The translations under genes and the position numbers were made by a program. DNA of 63,240 nt, filler included, from Licmophora abbreviata (taxonomy: Eukaryota): assembly GCA_900291995.1 (NCBI GenBank). It is 15 parts of 15 records of this genome, joined end to end, with 100 filler letters (N's around TTAATTAATTAA, not from the genome) between each part and the next. Parts side by side here need not be neighbours in the genome. Positions count along the whole stretch, not along the records: positions 33,290 to 36,217 come from OLMU01002723.1; positions 36,318 to 42,521 come from OLMU01002724.1; positions 42,622 to 46,857 come from OLMU01002725.1; 12 more parts are not named here. One strand, 5' to 3'. Position 1 is the first letter of the stretch. The number at the start of each line of letters is the position of its first letter. The notes beneath the pieces were generated by a model. The model was not told the DNA's origin. It saw only the letters and a list, made by a program, of their open reading frames with translations, and did not search any database. This document shows, one piece after another, positions 34,346 through 46,041 of the stretch.

Positions 34346-36064
34346 CTACCTCTTTTTCTTCTTCTTACTCTTCTTCTTGACCGCCATCGCCAAGTCGTCA
34401 ATATCATCCTCGTCCAAAGCGAGCTGTTTCTCCGCGACAGCTGCTTGCGTCTGTGTCAATTTGGTTACTTCGGTCTCCGCATCGATTCGACGGAACTCAC
34501 TGTGCAGTAGCGGCGTCTCCTCCTCTTCGTCGTCGTCAATCGCCATGGGGGTAGCGGTGGATTGCTTTGCTTTCTTGTTCGCGCTGCTGGTCCGTGGTGT
34601 TGTTGCAGCCGCCTTGCGCGTGGCGGCAAACGACTCAAACTCATCTTGTGCTTCATGTGGACGCAAGTCGGGAGACGCACTCGGTGGTACAGGAACAGAA
34701 CTGAGCTGAGCACTCTGCAGCATTGCTGCCAGGAGAGACCCCGCCTTCGCATGTGTCGACGATGTAGGACGGGCGCGGTCGTCGTTGTTCTCGACGTCCT
34801 TGACTTTGGCAGCGACATGTCCCAAGGAGTAGTCTAGCGCTCTGAGTCTATACTTTTCTTCTGCTTCGTCATGTTCGACAGCACTCTCTACGTCAGCTGA
34901 CACACTCGTCCACTCAGATTGTGTGTCGACATCCATGAAGTCTTGTCCACTGGAATCTTGGAGATACGGCACGTTCGGCGAAAGCGGTTGTACGGATGGC
35001 ATGGCATTGACATGACCCGCCGCCCCTTGCAGCCGTTGCAATCGCTCCTGTTGAGCCTTGCTATCTGCGTCGGTCAATGCCTTTTCGAGCAATTTACAGA
35101 GCTGCACGATGCTCCTTTCCGCCAGTTGCCAGCACCGCTTGAGTTGCTCCGGTTGCAGCTCACATCCTCCGAGGTAGTCAAGGAGACACACCTCCGAGTG
35201 GATGTTCATCGCTAAAGATATCGCCCCCGTCTGTACGAGCTCTTCTCGATCTGTGGGGTCTACTAAAACCGCCACCTTGGAGGTTGATGCTGCTGATAAT
35301 GCAGCATCGTCGGCGTGAATCAAGGCGAAGCTTATGGAGAGCGGACTGTGATGAAGCGGCAGAGGGGTTGGTTCTCGTACTTCACTGTGAACGAGAGTCG
35401 GTAGTGTGATAGTGCTGGTCGATGAAGCCAGATCAGAGTGAAGATCAACTTGAGGCTTTCGATAATGACGAAGGGCTGCCATGGCGGCCAACACGGAAGC
35501 ATCGACTAGATTGCCACCTTGGTCGAGTACCGTCAGGCTGACATTCAGTTTCCATACCCAAGCTCCCGACTGGACGCATAGCGCTTCCGTGTCCAATGCC
35601 CCGCCTAGCAAAAGCGTCCTCTCCAAGGCCCGCAATATCCGGTTCGATAGAAGCTTCTGTGACCGGTCGGTGATACTGGACAGAGTGCCGCCCTCCCCTC
35701 CCGTCGGCACAGTTGACATCGGTTGAGCGTGTCCAAAGGCCGTCGACGCCATGGGACTTAAATCGATTGAGAGCGACACCACCCCTTCTGAGGGTCGTTC
35801 TGAAGAGGGCGTGACCAGAGCTGCCGTCACGAGGGCAGTGACTCGCATTGCCTTTCCCCATTGCACGGTACACTCTGCTCCGTTGTGCCATCGTCCAAGA
35901 TTCAGCTGAACTTTTCTCACTTCACCCGGCTTTCGGCCATCGACACGCAAGACGCGAGACGATTCCTCCCCCAGCGCGCACCGACGAAGGAAGTTTCGCT
36001 CATTGGTCGACAGAGATCTCAAACCAGAGTCGTCTCGCAGTGCGACGAACGAAGTCGCCGTCAT
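34346..36064 (-). CDS. RRP45: Exosome RNase PH-type subunit RRP45 (EXOSC9)
   Basis: LSTNERNF...RVDGR, ALDTEALCV, DQGGNLVDA...AALRHYRKP, PLPLHHSPLSISF, VDPTDREE; Lys-rich tail. Confidence 0.88.
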   Translation of the reverse strand: MTATSFVALRDDSGLRSLSTNERNFLRRCALGEESSRVLRVDGRKPGEVRKVQLNLGRWHNGAECTVQWGKAMRVTALVTAALVTPSSERPSEGVVSLSIDLSPMASTAFGHAQPMSTVPTGGEGGTLSSITDRSQKLLSNRILRALERTLLLGGALDTEALCVQSGAWVWKLNVSLTVLDQGGNLVDASVLAAMAALRHYRKPQVDLHSDLASSTSTITLPTLVHSEVREPTPLPLHHSPLSISFALIHADDAALSAASTSKVAVLVDPTDREELVQTGAISLAMNIHSEVCLLDYLGGCELQPEQLKRCWQLAERSIVQLCKLLEKALTDADSKAQQERLQRLQGAAGHVNAMPSVQPLSPNVPYLQDSSGQDFMDVDTQSEWTSVSADVESAVEHDEAEEKYRLRALDYSLGHVAAKVKDVENNDDRARPTSSTHAKAGSLLAAMLQSAQLSSVPVPPSASPDLRPHEAQDEFESFAATRKAAATTPRTSSANKKAKQSTATPMAIDDDEEEETPLLHSEFRRIDAETEVTKLTQTQAAVAEKQLALDEDDIDDLAMAVKKKSKKKKKR

Positions 36065-36692
36065 GGTCGGTCTCTTGGAACCTCGATCCAGATTTGAGAT
36101 CGCCCACTGAGAACCGCGATGGATGGATGGCCAAGTTTCTTCCTAAAATGTACTTCGGTGAAATAATTATGCTACGATGACTTGAGCAAATAAACCACCT
36201 GACTACGAGTACATTATNNNNNNNNNNNNNNNNNNNNNNNNNNNNNNNNNNNNNNNNNNNNTTAATTAATTAANNNNNNNNNNNNNNNNNNNNNNNNNNN
36301 NNNNNNNNNNNNNNNNNAAGAAGTCAAAAGTCAAAATCAAAGAGTCACTGTCATCACAGACATCACAGACATCAAGCGGTGTCCGGTCGCTGTATCATAC
36401 TGTGACTAGACGTACTCATGTTACGACTTTGGATCGTCGTCAGTGACAACTGCTTGAACCCATTGGTTTCCCTGCGTATCTGAACCTGACCATTGAATTG
36501 TGGCGCAGCGGGAAGAATCACGGTCGTGGATAACCCGTATCTTTCTGCGCAAACAATTGGAATTCATACCAGCATACCAGGTACCCTTTGCGACACGAGA
36601 CACGGGTCAGTCCCTGTAAATTCATACCGATACGGGAGCAGCTGAATAGCAAACATCGAAGGATTAAATCCGTGATTGCAACAATTCTCGGG

Positions 36693-38416
36693 ATGACTAC
36701 CAGTCATGGCGGCAAGGGGGGCATTGGAGGCACTACTGTGATGGATCGCGCTAGCAGTATCAACCAGAGTAGCTCAGCACGGAGCAGACCACCGGTTGTT
36801 ACACCCAGTCATGAACACACCAAGAAACGAGCGAGTTCCGGTGGACTATCAGAACTATCCAAGCAGCTCCGAGTCATGCAGGCGAAGAACCAGCAGCACG
36901 AAGTCGAAATCGATCGCTTGGAGCGCCAGCTCAAAATCCTAGCTGATTTGCAGGGCATCTCCGTCGCGGATCTCCGCTCGGCTTTGCAGGCGGCGTGTGA
37001 GTCGGAAGCTCACGGGGAACTGCAGCATCGCGTCGCCTCTCTCAGGGCTCAGCTGGAAGCGGCCATTCTTGTCAAAACAACCCAAAAGTTTGAAGAAGGA
37101 GCATCGGAAGCGCACGTGGCGAATCTTCAGCTTCGAGTGGGGGAACTGGAGGAAATCGAAGAGACACTCCGAAAGGAATTGAGGAGTCTGTATGACAAGC
37201 TAAAGGAACAAACAACCAAAGCGACGAAGCTGGAGGCAACCTGCGAAATACAGAACGATGAAATCGAAAAGCTCAAAGAAGTTAGCATACAGTCGATTCC
37301 TGCCCCTGCACCTCTACCGTCGAGTCAGGCACTCGTTCCCGTGCAGACCTCGATGCCATACGCTACAATGTCGCCCACCGACATCTTGTTACTTACAGGA
37401 GAGGCACGTACGGCCAAGGCAGAGGCAAAAATGGAACGCGACAAGGCAGCACTTGCAGAGCAACAGCTCGAAGCAAGAGAAGCAGAGCTCAAGTTGAAAA
37501 CGGCACAGTACAAGGCGCGATTCTTGGTGCAGGACGGTAAGCTTGATGTCGTATTGTTTCATCTGAATCGAGACATTGGATGATATATCATACTCACGCC
37601 ATTTGTGCTTCTCGAATCGATTTAGAACGAATCAATGATTTGGAGCAACAACTATCGTCTTTGTATACAGCTTTCGAGCTTTTGCGACAAGAGCACCACC
37701 ATGAAGAGCAGAAGCGTGTTTCTCTAGAAGAGAACTTGCACAATGCGGATGCTCAGGTAGCACGCGATCTCGAAATGCAAGCTAGCGTGCGTAGAACTCT
37801 TGTTGCTCCGGTCGAGTCAACCCAACTTCAGTCGAACCAGGCGTCTAAGTCGCCACCTGCGGCGGCACAGCCTCGCGCCGCTACGCGATCTCCGTCGACG
37901 CCGATGTCGCAGCGGGCTACAGGAGGCAAGAGCTCCTCAGCAGTTTCCGCCGCATCTTCATCGTCTTCTCCCTCGTCACCACGCGAGAATCAATTAGTTT
38001 TGGGTGGATCACTCATGGTGAGAAGCAACGATGTTCTCAAGCGCTGGAAGAAACGGTATGTCGCCTTGTACCGAGGTTTCTCTGGCTATACATTGACGAT
38101 GACTGACGGGTCGCGTGCAGTTATCGGAAAGACATACAATCTGCAGGTCGGGATCTCGTGCGCGCGTCAGAATAAGCAATTCGCCCCCAAGTATCCCTTC
38201 GCTCTTGTGCTCCATGTGGACCCGCATGATCGTGAAGCTCCTGTCATTCACGTCGCTACATCGGGTGAAAAGGCTTTGAAGACCTGGCTGTCAGAGCTCC
38301 GGAAGGCGCTTGGTATTCCGAGATCGACCCGTGGCGCCGCGCGCACTGCGAGTCTGGAACAACAGGAGGCGTCCGATCTGAAGGAGGCATTAAGGCTGTC
38401 GACGCAGGAGCAATAG
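36693..38416 (+). CDS. Coiled-coil protein with a C-terminal PH-like domain and a UIM-like motif; intron 37537-37625
   Basis: Heptad-rich N-half. The GTAAGC...TTTAG intron restores the frame (QDERINDLE). PH-like GSLMVRS...KRWKKRYVAL...KTWLSEL; tail EQQEASDLKEALRLS. Confidence 0.75.
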
Positions 38417-38877
38417 GGCTAGGCGGCTAAGTTCGTTTGTGAGTTCCTGTTGACGCCGACTTGCAGCAATGTCGTGTACTAGCTACCCCCTTCTAAACGC
38501 CTCTAGCTCTACAAGTCGTCGGACCGCACAATATACGTCAAAGAGCAGAGCATATCTTCGTCGTACCAGGGACCAACCAAATGCTGCATCTCATACTTCT
38601 ACCGATAGCTTAACCACGTGCCCTATACCTCTATCGAGCCGGCAGACAAACGCCCGACGCAATCTCACGCTGTCGCGGGGAGCGCGCGAATTCTGATTTT
38701 TTTACGTTACTCATCACTGGCATATTTTCTACGTGAGTTCTCACTCACATCCAAACTCCAAGAACATTCTCAAAATTCAGAATTCTCTCACAAAGATGAC
38801 ACAAGAGTGAAGATCGATCTGTTCTTTTCGTGTCGTTGACCTTGCAGACTACTTGCCTCTTCCAGGACGTCTTAAAG

Positions 38878-39174
38878 ATGGCGCTAGTACAAACTCGAAT
38901 CGCTTTATCCTTGAGTAAGACGCCTCGCACCGCGGCCGGCTCTGTCTTTGCCCTTCGTTCCTTTTGGGCTGAGAGCGCCTCCTTGTCGCCTGATCCAAAG
39001 AAGGTTGAGAAAGGTGTTCTGTTCTCGGCCCCGTGCTTGGATCCTGAGCTTCGCCAGCTGGCTACTGCCATCGAAGTGCCTAGGCCTCCTTCCAAACCCG
39101 AGCCAGGCATTTTGTTTAGTGTTCCATATCTTGACCCGGACATGCGTGCCACAGATGGAAGGGAATCAATGTGA
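38878..39174 (+). CDS. Small (98 aa) hypothetical protein with two internal 14-aa repeats and an organellar-presequence-like N-terminus
   Basis: GVLFSAPCLDPELR and GILFSVPYLDPDMR are conserved at protein level but use different codons. Confidence 0.55.
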   Translation: MALVQTRIALSLSKTPRTAAGSVFALRSFWAESASLSPDPKKVEKGVLFSAPCLDPELRQLATAIEVPRPPSKPEPGILFSVPYLDPDMRATDGRESM

Positions 39175-39431
39175 TGTGGAGCCACCGTATTCTGAAACGA
39201 GGGCCAATGTCAAGGTTGCACATAGGGGACCCTGAAAGGTGTACATAGTAGCAGACGATTCCAAATCACTGTCGTTCGTGGCTTCTCGTATGGGTAGATT
39301 CATTCCGATCCATTAACCGATCAAGCATTGATCCGCCGATGATGTGATAGTTCTGCCGAAAGACTCTGATACGGTACAGGGGCAGCTACTTTTCAAGTTA
39401 CTGGGGTGAATGTGATATAGTACTGTACAGT

Positions 39432-42400
39432 CTAGGTCGCTGCCATCTTCTGACGAAAGAAAGTGAACAACTTCTGTCCAGTCACCGGACCAGCTATCTT
39501 TCGCAGCTCCTCTCTAGACATCTCGGACAGCTCAGCGATGGTGTCGCACTCCTTCATGATTCGTCGGGCCACACTCATGCTGACACCCGGAAGCCGCAAT
39601 AACATATCTCTCGCAACTTCGTTCAGTTCGTCGTCATCGTAATCGTCGTTGCGGCCACCACCATCGATGCCCTCTTTCAAGAAGACATCGATCGACTCAT
39701 TTCGGCCGATTTCAACAGCCTTGTTGACGTTCGGTTCTTCGTGTGTTGCTTTCAAAGACTTGAATATACGAAGAGTTTCGTAGGGAGTTCGTGACCACAG
39801 GATCCGGAGCTTCGGAAAGTGCATAGTGAGCAGCGCCATTTTGGAGCTAATGGCATCCGTTCGAATCTCGACTCCAAGCTCGTTCGAGTTTTGGAGACAG
39901 AAAGACTTTGCCGGATCAAACTCAATGAGAAGACAAGGACATTTGTAGTGTTTCGACATGGATTCGGCTTGTGTGTACAGGCGACCGCTGTTGAAGCTGC
40001 CAAACAGGTCACTAATGCTCTTTCGTTCCACGCAGTGAACGTTGCTCAGTACGAAGTCACCAACGGTGAGCGTCACTGGTGCAAGGCGCATCCCGCCGTT
40101 GTGCAGGATCGACGGAAGGGCCGAACGGAACTCTCGGACGTCTACTGCAATTTCACGTCTCTCTGCATCAGCCTTGGCCTTTCCTCTTCCTTTTCGTGTA
40201 TCGATCGACAGCGGTAGAGTCCCCCCAGCGTAAGTTCCTGTCACGCCGGTTCCGTTGGCCATCGCCTGTTGTATTTCTTGTGTCGTTCCTTCCATCGTAT
40301 GTACCGGCAGAGGCATAGTCTTTTTGTGATGAATCAAGCGCTCGAATGCATTTTGCTCGCGCTCTAATGACTTCATGAACGTCTTTTCTTCGGCACTAGC
40401 TGTAAACATCATGAAGTATACGTGCATACGATCTTCATCTTGTCGAAGAGCGGAGTGGATTTCAACAGCTCGAACGAATGAGGTCTCGGCGTCGTACATC
40501 ACAACGTATGAAGGGTTCACATCCTGCAGTAAGAGCGTTGCCTGATCGCCCTCGACGCTCGAATAACTACGAAAGACAAGCCTGAGCTCCTCTGGTTCCG
40601 TCGCTGCATAGATTGCCCCTTCGTCGTCTTCCGAGGAGCTGCTGTCGCTGCCATTGACATATCCAGCCTTGTTGGAGCTAATAGCCTTCAATTCGTGCTC
40701 CACTTCTTCCACCGCTTCGTCGAGCACTGCACGCCTCTCAAGATCCTCGGACTGAAGCGTCTGCTCGCCACGTCCCTTTTCCGCAGCAACGCGACGGCGC
40801 TTACGCAAGTAGTCCGGCACTGAGTTCAGCGTGCGCTTTGTCGAAGATGAATCGACACTCTTTGTACCATCGTCCGAGGGTCTCCCGACTTCTTTCCTTC
40901 TCCGCCGATTTCGACCGAACAACAGGTTTCGTGCTCTCCCTTCCTCTTCCAGCAATAATCGACTCTCTTCCGAGATAGTGGAGGTTCCGCCCGCGCTGCC
41001 AGCAACAGACCTGGACCGATCGTTGTAGTTCTCAAGGTAACGAAGCCATCGAAGTGTCATGGCTCGTTCTTTCCCATCAACAAGATATGATTTGACTGAT
41101 TCCAATGTGCGCTCGTCTTTGACCATCACGAGAACGTTCGTCCAACGCCAATGCTTCTCGGGCTTCCGCGACTCGTACTCGACCTGAATCTCGTCCAGAA
41201 TCTGTCTCAATAATCTCCATTTCGGGTTTTCTTCAAGAACAGGCTTCAGACGAGAGACTGGATTTGGAATCTCTACCGTCGGTTTCGGCTTCATGACGGT
41301 GTATATTCGTTCCTTCGCCGTTCGAAAGAGGAGATCGGCAGCCGGAGTCAAGAGCCACATGGAGGGATGTCTCGATGCCGCACTTATCGTCTTGATTGCG
41401 TTTATGAGCTTCCAGAATGTGACACAGTCATAGTGAATAAGATGCTGAAACAAGGAACGCAGCGTTCGAAGGTCTTGCACTAGTTGCTTGACCTGTGGCT
41501 TCAGCCGGTGCCAGTCATGTTCTAGATGCCTTGAGATTGCTCGATCAAAGTTGGAAGTGACGCAATTTTCAACAGAGAGGTCGGAATCAGTCCACTCCAG
41601 CAATGTGGTTGACTTTTTGAGTTCACGGATGCACGTCTGGACAGCTGCCGCGATCGCGTTCTGGATGTCTTTCATCTTGGGCGAGAGATCTTGGTGCAAC
41701 TCGTCAACGTGCGGCGGTCTTCTTTCTAGTTCATCGGCGATGTTCGAGTGAAATCTAGGATAGAGATATAGTCTTCGAACATAGAGAGCTTTGAGAACCT
41801 TGTCAACCTTGGCGAAACCTGAAAGGAGTGTGTCCGGCTGATCCGAAAAAGCCTTTACGAAGGTATTCAACTTGCCAGCAAGCTGACGTTGGGTTCGATA
41901 GATGCGAAGAATGAAAGCCTCTGTGGACTGTTCGGTGACCTGCTCAGCGTGAGCTACCAACATTCCGTCGATAGCCTTAGCGCTTGCCACATTAGTCAAT
42001 AGATCAACAATCAGAATACGACTGGTAATGGCAAACACGCCGCCTTGTTGATACATGACTATTAAGTCAACACGACGAAACCGAATGTGGTGAGTGTGGC
42101 AATATGGAAGGCGCCTCGAACCATTAATTCTCACAATAACTCACCAGCTCGATCCTTCCCCGATCCAGATTCGTTTGTGACCATCGTGGGAAGCAACTCG
42201 GGCGGACAACCCCACGATACTAGCATGGACAACATCGATGTGCGCTCGGCCTCACGAAGGCCAAGAACAAACACCAGCGGAGGTCTGGCGGACCCTGACC
42301 TACATTTTCTTGCTTCTTCGGCACCATTAGAACTTACTGCCAGGTGCCCTTCTTCCACGTCGGCGTAGAACCGAACAAACGCTGCAAGCATACTCAGAAT

Positions 42401-42521
42401 TCCAAGTCCTTTTCCCAACACCAAGAGCCCGTCTTCTTCATACAAGTCTCCGAACGCTTCCGCCAAATACGAGGGCAGGAGTCCCTTTGGGATGATCGGA
42501 ATCTGAGAAGAGGATCCATCG
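39432..42521 (-). CDS. XPF: DNA repair endonuclease XPF/RAD1, 5'-truncated by gap; intron 42059-42144
   Basis: Spliced RAVMYQQGGVFAITSRILIVDLL, EAFILRIYR, LYPRFH, LEENPKW, VDVREFRSALP, GDFVLS...VERKSISDL..S..SGRLY, HhH LLRLPGV. Confidence 0.93.
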
Positions 42522-42623
42522 NNNNNNNNNNNNNNNNNNNNNNNNNNNNNNNNNNNNNNNNNNNNTTAATTAATTAANNNNNNNNNNNNNNNNNNNNNNN
42601 NNNNNNNNNNNNNNNNNNNNNCA

Positions 42624-43031
42624 GGACGCCGCCCTCGGACTGCTTGGACCGCTCTCAAGGAGACGTTTGGCGAGGACGGCAACGCTGCACAAGAATCTTC
42701 TCCTCAACAGGAATCGAATGCATCCTTTTTGGAACAAGCCTCCTTGGATGGCGCCGCCAAAATTGCAACACTTTCCGTGGAAGAACGGACCAAACGAGCA
42801 TTCCTGGCGGAGGCGGTCGAGGACCGGATGGTGCTACTAGCTGATGAGCTGGATCTACTGTTGGGACCGGATGGAATGCCAGGAAAGACAGAAGACAGGG
42901 ATGAGGTAGTGATTCTGGCGCGTGAGATCAAAGCCTTGAGGGACCAATACCAATCTCTGGTTAGTGGGGGGTCGAGCTACATGCTAGATTCCTTCAATGG
43001 CACCTCCGACGACATGGAGGGAAGCAAATGA
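42624..43031 (+). CDS. Hypothetical protein, 5'-truncated by gap
   Basis: Frame open from the gap edge through helical-looking LSVEERTKRAFLAEAVEDR...YQSLVSG to TGA. Confidence 0.55.
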   Translation, partial: GRRPRTAWTALKETFGEDGNAAQESSPQQESNASFLEQASLDGAAKIATLSVEERTKRAFLAEAVEDRMVLLADELDLLLGPDGMPGKTEDRDEVVILAREIKALRDQYQSLVSGGSSYMLDSFNGTSDDMEGSK

Positions 43032-43728
43032 GTAGAGGATCTCGGAAACTACTCGTCAGCTTCCCATCATTGTGAAAACTCACAGCCGATTACTCACCTG
43101 CTTTTTCTATTGTATATCGGGATGCGGTCCATAGTCGTTTCTGGCCGAACAAGCAGATGACATCTAGAATACCTTGTACCGGTTGAGTTCTCTAGCTAGG
43201 GCGAATTTGGCACGGACATCGTCAAAGCCGCAATTTCGAAGGGTAGATCTCCTACTCCGCAAAGATGAGAGTAGACTAGTGGAGTCGAGTCATCAGTCGA
43301 TGTTCGAGTGTCGCTCTGTCCTCCGATTCATTCTCCAATTTGTACCATTTTGTCCGCTGGCTTCGCACATGACGTCAAATTGCGAACACAAAAATTTGGC
43401 GACTACGATACACGAGACTGACTCGAGAAGACGATCGACGGGTGTCATGAACAGCCATCAACCCCGTATCGCTTGCCCCCAAGCTTTGATCCCTTTATCG
43501 TGACCCTTTAAATGGGTCCTATTCAACCGTGGGGGGCCACCATGGAATCTCAGAAAGCTGAGGAGGTGAGATGCAATGTGTTTGGCGCGCGACGGTGATT
43601 GAATCACCACTTTCGAAACTGATCACACCCTTTCATGCTTTCTTTGATGCAAACTGTTTCGGCAGCCGAGTCACGATTCTGATGCTGCTCAGAGGATAGG
43701 AAAGCGGTGTTTTGACTTATCTCTAGTC

Positions 43729-44079
43729 AAGAGGTCAGGCTCGTCAGCACCGGATCATACTGACGGATACGAGGAGGTTGACGATTCGGACGGTCTGTAC
43801 ATTGAGGAAACCCAAGATGATCTCGAAACAGAAATCGACAAAGAGCTTCAGAGGCAGCTAGACGAGCAGCTCGAAAACGACATGAATCAAGCTTTTGAGG
43901 AGTATAGACGTGAAATGGACCGCGTCCTCGACGAAAGGCTGTCGGCGGAGCTGTGTCTCGAGAAAGAGACGACGACGATGAAGGCGCTGGTCGGTATCTC
44001 ACGCGACAACAATATGCAAGCGACGATACACAAAGTCGTGAAACAGTATGAACGGTCCCACATTTCAGGTGCAACATGA
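43729..44079 (+). CDS. Possible 3' exon of an acidic coiled-coil hypothetical protein
   Basis: Open frame after an AG acceptor near 43726-43731 (DDLETEIDKELQRQLDEQLENDMNQAFEEY). The upstream exon could not be fixed. Confidence 0.35.
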   Translation, partial: KRSGSSAPDHTDGYEEVDDSDGLYIEETQDDLETEIDKELQRQLDEQLENDMNQAFEEYRREMDRVLDERLSAELCLEKETTTMKALVGISRDNNMQATIHKVVKQYERSHISGAT

Positions 44080-44168
44080 AGATCCTGTTGGAGAGGTCTC
44101 ATATCATTATTCCATGTAAAAAGCGCTGGACCAGTCGAATTGCATACAACTTTGCGTTCTGGCCCGTT

Positions 44169-45769
44169 TTACTCCGAATAAACATCTACTTTGCAGGTGG
44201 CCAATCGTCTCTCAATCATCTGCCGTATGTCGTCTGGAATGCTTACTTTGCCTTCCATGTCGAACTTCACTAGGGCTCGTTTTCCCATTAGCACCAGATT
44301 GGTGCAGTTCGACGGTCGCGACAGGTCCCACCTAACAATCTCCAAGACGGCGCCGAGTCGATCTCCAGTTACTGCGCAGCGATTTCGCCATATCCCCAAG
44401 ATATATTCGACGTCGTCTGTATCGATCTGAACAGGACCGATCCACTTTCCGTTTACAAGTCGACCCATGTTGGTATCCACAATTTCGCCAGCTTCGGCCG
44501 AGACTTGATCAGCCACCTTTTGCTCTCTTCGTTTCACTAGCTGGTACAAGCTACGCGACGAGAGGAGAGAAAAATATCGGAAGACAACAGCGTGAGATGA
44601 TAACGTAAGAAAATAGTAGGGTGGCATTATGCGGGCAGAGAAATGCCGCAGACCACGGCGAGCAGCTCACCGATGGCGGACGTTCCGGCCGACTCTCTCG
44701 CCAGTGACCGGCTATGGTACGTTCGTCCAGACGGAAGGCAGAGGGTGAGGATCAACCAACAACTACCGGGAATGCCATTGTAATGGATAAATAAACTGTA
44801 TGCACTTACCGAGAATGGTTTTTGGCCCAGCTCACAGAGCGCAAGTGCTGCAATGGCTTGTCCCATTAAAGCTGGCATAGTTCCCAACACAGGGAGCACT
44901 CGTATCCGCATTCCATCGACAGCCCCAAAGTTGTGAACTCCATCAGCTTTTTGTTCTTCTGTAAAATCGGCCAACTTGACCACCGGCTTTTCTGAACTGA
45001 ACACGACAGCCAGCTTTTCCATGTTGTCCATGAAGGAAGCGTCGCCATCACGAAGCAAGCGTTTGAGACTTTGGCGAAGCTTGCTTGCGAGAGGATCACG
45101 GCTTGCTGTTCGTAAATCGGAAATATGGAGTCTAGTGACATCACTCTTCCCCCCAGCTCCCATGCAAGATATGACGCGAACGCCCTGTTGCATACAGTGC
45201 GCTATCAGAGCAGCTTTCGTCGGCGTATCATCAATGCAGTCGAGAACCATGTCCCACTTGTGACCATCCAGTAGCTTCGGTCCTTCCTCAACAGTGTACA
45301 TCTGGACAATATCTTCGATGATCAGGTACCTCGGATCGGGGCAAACTTTTTGCAGAAAGTTTCGGAGACATGTCGCTTTTGGGGATCCGACGTCGTCCAG
45401 GGTGGCGCAGGCATGTCGATTGAGACTGGAGAGCGTGACTTGGTCAAAGTCGATGAGTCGAAGTCGTGAAACACCCGCACGAGCCAGCATGTGGGCTGTA
45501 TGCGATCCCACCCCACCCAGACCAACCACAACGACGGACGCCGCCTTGCGCTTTTCCATGCCTTGGTCGCCAAAGTACAGTGTATGTCTAGACAGCTGCT
45601 CATCACGCAGTTCCGCGGGGATTCCTTCTTTCGAGCGCGATGCCGGACGACTCTCGCTCTCCTTCTTTCGAAACTTGCTAATGACCAACACAGCTGCTAT
45701 AGCCGAGACGGATCCCAGAAGAAACCCCACCAGGCCCGAGCGATTGGCCCCCGCTGCTGTCGTGCTCAT
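44169..45769 (-). CDS. TCD1: ThiF/E1-like tRNA threonylcarbamoyladenosine dehydratase (TCD1/TcdA type); introns 44712-44809 and 44551-44670
   Basis: N-terminal TM, EQLSRH..YFG, VVGLGGVGS, DFDQVTLSSLNRHA, DCID, SCMGAGGK.D, DPLASK, FSSEK, VLPVLGTMPA. The 41-nt middle exon splices in frame. Confidence 0.85.
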
Positions 45770-45847
45770 GGTCTACGCGATCTCAAGATCTTTTTGGATC
45801 TTGCGGCGGCGCGTGACACGTTAAGAACGACCTGAGAGAGTTCTGAG

Positions 45848-45870
45848 CAGACAGACAGACAGACAGACAG
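45848..45870. repeat. (CAGA)n microsatellite in the divergent TCD / ABC-F intergenic region
   Basis: cagacagacagacagacagacag; a short (ACAATTG) tandem also lies at 45921-45940. Confidence 0.8.
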
Positions 45871-46041
45871 GCCAAACTTGCCTCAGCCAAAATCAAAACT
45901 GCAAAACTGCGTTTGGGCTCACAATTGACAATTGACAATTCATCAATTCACCGAAAGGCGGTGCAGATGCAGCGTCGTTTGCCTTGCACTCGAGTTGAAT
46001 TAACGCCAGCGCCTTCAGTGAGAAAGCGCCGACCAATTGGT

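Noticed and set aside
15887..42521. REV3 and XPF as a crosslink-repair gene cluster
   Set aside because: They are separated by four linkers and many unrelated genes, and eukaryotic neighbours need not be functionally linked.
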